27,999 nt of DNA, taken from positions 1-27,999 of the IMG/VR virus record IMGVR_UViG_3300008107_000405, one strand, 5' to 3'. A program made the position numbers and the translations under genes. Under the pieces are notes generated by a model. The model was not told where the DNA came from. It saw only the letters and a program-made list of their open reading frames with translations, and ran no database searches. Shown here piece after piece: positions 25,435 to 27,999 of the stretch; positions within the stretch are counted from its first letter, which is position 1; each line of letters opens with the position of its first letter. This stretch comes from a virus (Duplodnaviria > Caudoviricetes).

Positions 25435-27360
25435 TTATGGTTTAACGGTTACGTTCCAGTTATAAGGTGCGTTTTTAAGTAACAAATAATTTGGATTTGT
25501 TAAACCTCCTGTTGGTGACTGTGGTTGATTCACAGAAGTACCTGATAAATAAAGTGTCTTATTATACAAAGTATTTGCGGTTGCAATAGTTGCAACATCT
25601 TGTAAGATATAATCTACGGCTATAGTTTTAAGATTGGTATTTCTAAAATCTAATAATAACATATTAGTCATTGCTGAGAATGTTGATGTCCACCCTGTTA
25701 ATAATGGAGTACCTGCAACATTAAATGTTCTTAAAGTTGATGGGAAATTACCTTGGATTATTTGTGGACTATCAGTGAAATTATTACTTCCTATTGTTAA
25801 AGTGGTTAAAGAAGTGTGACCTGATAAATTTGTCGTACCCGTTAATATGTTATTGTATAAACTTATTGATGTTGCACCTTGAGTGTAATTAAAATCAAAA
25901 TCCTTTAAAAGATTACTTTCAAAACTGATTGTCTTAATTGATGTTGGGAATTGTGTTGTCCATCCTGATAAACTAACACTGTTAAGTAAAAATGTATTTA
26001 ATGAAGTTGAACCTGTTAATTCAACAGACCATTGTGGTACATATTGTAAAGGTCCTGTGTCACTCATATCAAAATATACACAACCTGTTGGAAAATTACT
26101 TGTATAACCTGTAATGTCATTTAATTGTAGTGTCAAAGTTTGTATACTATTAGGAAATATTGGAGGTAATGATGTTAAATTATTATTATCTAACCTTAAC
26201 GTTGTTAAAGATGTACATGCTGATACACTATTAGTGAAAGAAGTTAATACAATATTGCTATCAAGTCGTAATGTTGTTAGATTAGTATTTGTACTTAAAT
26301 CAGTATTAAAATTACGAATTCTATTAGAACTTAAAATTGCTTGTTGGGAGGATACCGGTAATGTATAAGTCCAACCTGTTAATGATGTATTACCAAATAC
26401 TTGGATATCTTTAAGACCTGTACAACCTGATAAATAATTAGTTACCGTAAATGTGGGTAACAAAGTATTATTTATTACAAAAAAGTCCCTAAATGTTGAC
26501 CCAGTTGGAACAGTTATATTTAAGTTAGTTAAACTGTTATTTCCATAAAGATTTAAAGTTCTAAATGAATTACTACCTGAAAAATTATATGTAAAACCCG
26601 ACATGTCAGTATCTCTAATTAATAATTCTCTAAAACTTGGTAATGTTGCTAAGTTTGTTGTTGGATTAAAATTGAAAAATTGAGTAGTTGGTGCATATGT
26701 ATTGTAGATATAAAAATCAATAAGTGCATCTGGTAAACTTGATACAAATTCTGTGAGAGTTGTACTTGATAATATTATTCTTGTTGTTGCACTAAATGCA
26801 CTAAAAGTGTAACTGTTTTCAATTATATCTGAAATGTTGTATAAATTAATTTCTCTAATGTAATCAGTTGAAAGAGAAGATGATACTTGAAAATTTTCAC
26901 ACGTTGCAGTATATATACTTGCACCATAAGAATGATTGTATTGATAGTTTGCAAATGGTAACGGAAATGGTGGATTAGTAATATTAACAGATAATGTTGA
27001 AGTATCACCCCAATCAATATTAAAACTACTATTAGGTGCGGTCCTAAAATTAATCAATAAAGGATTCGTACCTAAAATATTTGAAACTTGGAAATAAGGT
27101 GGTATAAATGGTAAAGGCGTTGGTGTAGGAGTAACATAACAGTTATATATCTCAAATCTTTCACATCCATCACCTGTTATTATTTTAATACCAATTGATG
27201 GTATTACATCAAATGGCGGTGGTAATACAAAAGTAAATGTTGGTGGAACTGTTGAAACTATTGTAGATAAAACTGTACAATTATTACCAAAAACATCACA
27301 AGCATAAACTGTGTATGGTAAGTTTAATCCTGTTATTGAATTTAATGTTATCGTTTGCAT
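25435..27360 (-). CDS. Leucine-rich-repeat protein with a Cys-containing N-terminal module, PT linker and PKD-like segment (641 aa)
   Basis: Repeats such as LTTLRLDSNIVLTSF, LTTLRLDNNNLTSLP, IQTLTLQLNDITG and LTTLTIGSNNFT. Also FNIDWGD..NHSY and a C-cap-like AVDYILQD...NWNVTV. Confidence 0.85.
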   Translation of the reverse strand: MQTITLNSITGLNLPYTVYACDVFGNNCTVLSTIVSTVPPTFTFVLPPPFDVIPSIGIKIITGDGCERFEIYNCYVTPTPTPLPFIPPYFQVSNILGTNPLLINFRTAPNSSFNIDWGDTSTLSVNITNPPFPLPFANYQYNHSYGASIYTATCENFQVSSSLSTDYIREINLYNISDIIENSYTFSAFSATTRIILSSTTLTEFVSSLPDALIDFYIYNTYAPTTQFFNFNPTTNLATLPSFRELLIRDTDMSGFTYNFSGSNSFRTLNLYGNNSLTNLNITVPTGSTFRDFFVINNTLLPTFTVTNYLSGCTGLKDIQVFGNTSLTGWTYTLPVSSQQAILSSNRIRNFNTDLSTNTNLTTLRLDSNIVLTSFTNSVSACTSLTTLRLDNNNLTSLPPIFPNSIQTLTLQLNDITGYTSNFPTGCVYFDMSDTGPLQYVPQWSVELTGSTSLNTFLLNSVSLSGWTTQFPTSIKTISFESNLLKDFDFNYTQGATSISLYNNILTGTTNLSGHTSLTTLTIGSNNFTDSPQIIQGNFPSTLRTFNVAGTPLLTGWTSTFSAMTNMLLLDFRNTNLKTIAVDYILQDVATIATANTLYNKTLYLSGTSVNQPQSPTGGLTNPNYLLLKNAPYNWNVTVKP

Positions 27361-27998
27361 TACACAAAATTAGTTGGTATACAGAATGGTCCTATCTTTA
27401 ATCTAGCTTGTGATACTCCAAAATTAGCGCCTAATGGACCGAATGGACCAACCATTGATGATTGTGGTAACAAGGCGTAAGGTGAAGTATTAGATATTTT
27501 GTAAACCGAGTTATCATTAGTAACTAAATAAATCCTTGAGGATTGTTCGAAAATACCTGTTAAAGTTTTACCTGGCATTCCTGAAGTAACATTTATATCA
27601 AATTCAAGAGTACCTGTACTACTGTACTGTAAAACTCTTTGAGTTACTGATGGACTTGGAGTACCTACTAATACAATAATTTTACTACTTGTATCTGTAA
27701 CCATTAAATCTTTATTTGCTAAATAACCTGCAGGTAATGTTGCAATATCTGTAACACTCGCAGTTGTCGACGTAATATTTAAAGATACAATTTTATTTGG
27801 ACTAACTCCAATATTTGTACTATATAAAATTGTGTTAGAAACTGAGAAAAGTGAACCTAAACTAACTGGTGATGTAATTATTCGATTCAATACTATTGAA
27901 CCAGGACAAAGATTTAAGTCATATTCTTCAATAGTTACATTATCACTTCTTAACATCCATAATTTATCTGTTGAATTTGCAATATCGCTATATAAAAT
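27360..27998 (-). CDS. Hypothetical protein, C-terminal part (partial; possible beta-propeller)
   Basis: The frame stays open upstream of ATG 27956 to the window edge (ILYSDIANSTDKLWMLRSD...). It has short beta-strand repeats and a TAATG overlap with the LRR gene. Confidence 0.7.
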   Translation of the reverse strand: MLYSDIANSTDKLWMLRSDNVTIEEYDLNLCPGSIVLNRIITSPVSLGSLFSVSNTILYSTNIGVSPNKIVSLNITSTTASVTDIATLPAGYLANKDLMVTDTSSKIIVLVGTPSPSVTQRVLQYSSTGTLEFDINVTSGMPGKTLTGIFEQSSRIYLVTNDNSVYKISNTSPYALLPQSSMVGPFGPLGANFGVSQARLKIGPFCIPTNFV

Positions 27999-27999
27999 T

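Larger units (their letters stand above)
1..27999. mobile_element. Segment of a large contractile-tailed dsDNA phage genome (nucleotide-metabolism genes plus baseplate/tail module)
   Basis: nrdB/nrdA, gp25-like and gp6-like baseplate genes, tail-like proteins and a RuvC-like resolvase occur together. Genes are densely packed with TAATG overlaps, and no cellular housekeeping genes are present. Confidence 0.9.

Noticed and set aside
1194-27017. Short nested ORFs (1194-1409, 3177-3386, 7426-7737, 18036-18239, 23049-23258, 24540-24722, 25134-25340, 25634-25819, 26114-26368, 26823-27017)
   Set aside because: All lie inside longer, better-supported genes and have no recognisable motifs. The His/Gln-rich 23049 ORF is the shifted reading of the PT repeat.
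1-27999. Stop-codon reassignment (nearly all genes end in TAA, none in TAG; gp6 ends TGA-TAA)
   Set aside because: Genes are full length under the standard bacterial code and coding density is high. The two broken genes are explained by a duplication and a TAA-bounded truncation. TAA bias is expected in AT-rich DNA.
1-27999. CRISPR array, tRNA, rRNA, IS element or integrase
   Set aside because: No spaced repeats or transposase/integrase motifs were seen. The intergenic gaps (75 nt or less, nearly all A/T) show no cloverleaf or structured-RNA signature.

Overview
This AT-rich (about 30% GC by eye), gene-dense window looks like part of a large contractile-tailed (myovirus-like) phage genome. 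A Bacteroidota host is inferred from the SprB-type repeats, the eukaryote/Bacteroidota-type NrdA and the lack of Shine-Dalgarno sites. From left to right it holds: the 3' tip of nrdB; nrdA, interrupted by a perfect 106-bp tandem duplication; a terminator; a flavodoxin-fold flavoprotein; a roughly 21-kb plus-strand baseplate/tail cluster; a 5'-truncated RuvC-like resolvase; and, convergent on the minus strand, an LRR protein and a partial gene. The tail cluster contains gp25-like, gp6-like, a 1738-aa protein with membrane-like segments, several hypotheticals, a gp7/P2-gpI-like protein, two SprB-repeat proteins and a tail-collar-like protein. The most interesting signals are: (1) strong enrichment of an [S/T]-[G/A]-x-T motif in several putative virion proteins but not in the enzymes, a candidate glycosylation sequon; (2) SprB adhesin-like fibres, one sharing a C-terminal domain of about 115 aa with the adjacent baseplate protein, a candidate docking module; (3) no GATC found in 28 kb; (4) a recurrent TATTTAT element upstream of putative late genes. 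The nrdA duplication, a short gap in an SprB repeat and the resolvase truncation may be assembly errors. All family assignments come from motif recognition by eye, not from database searches.
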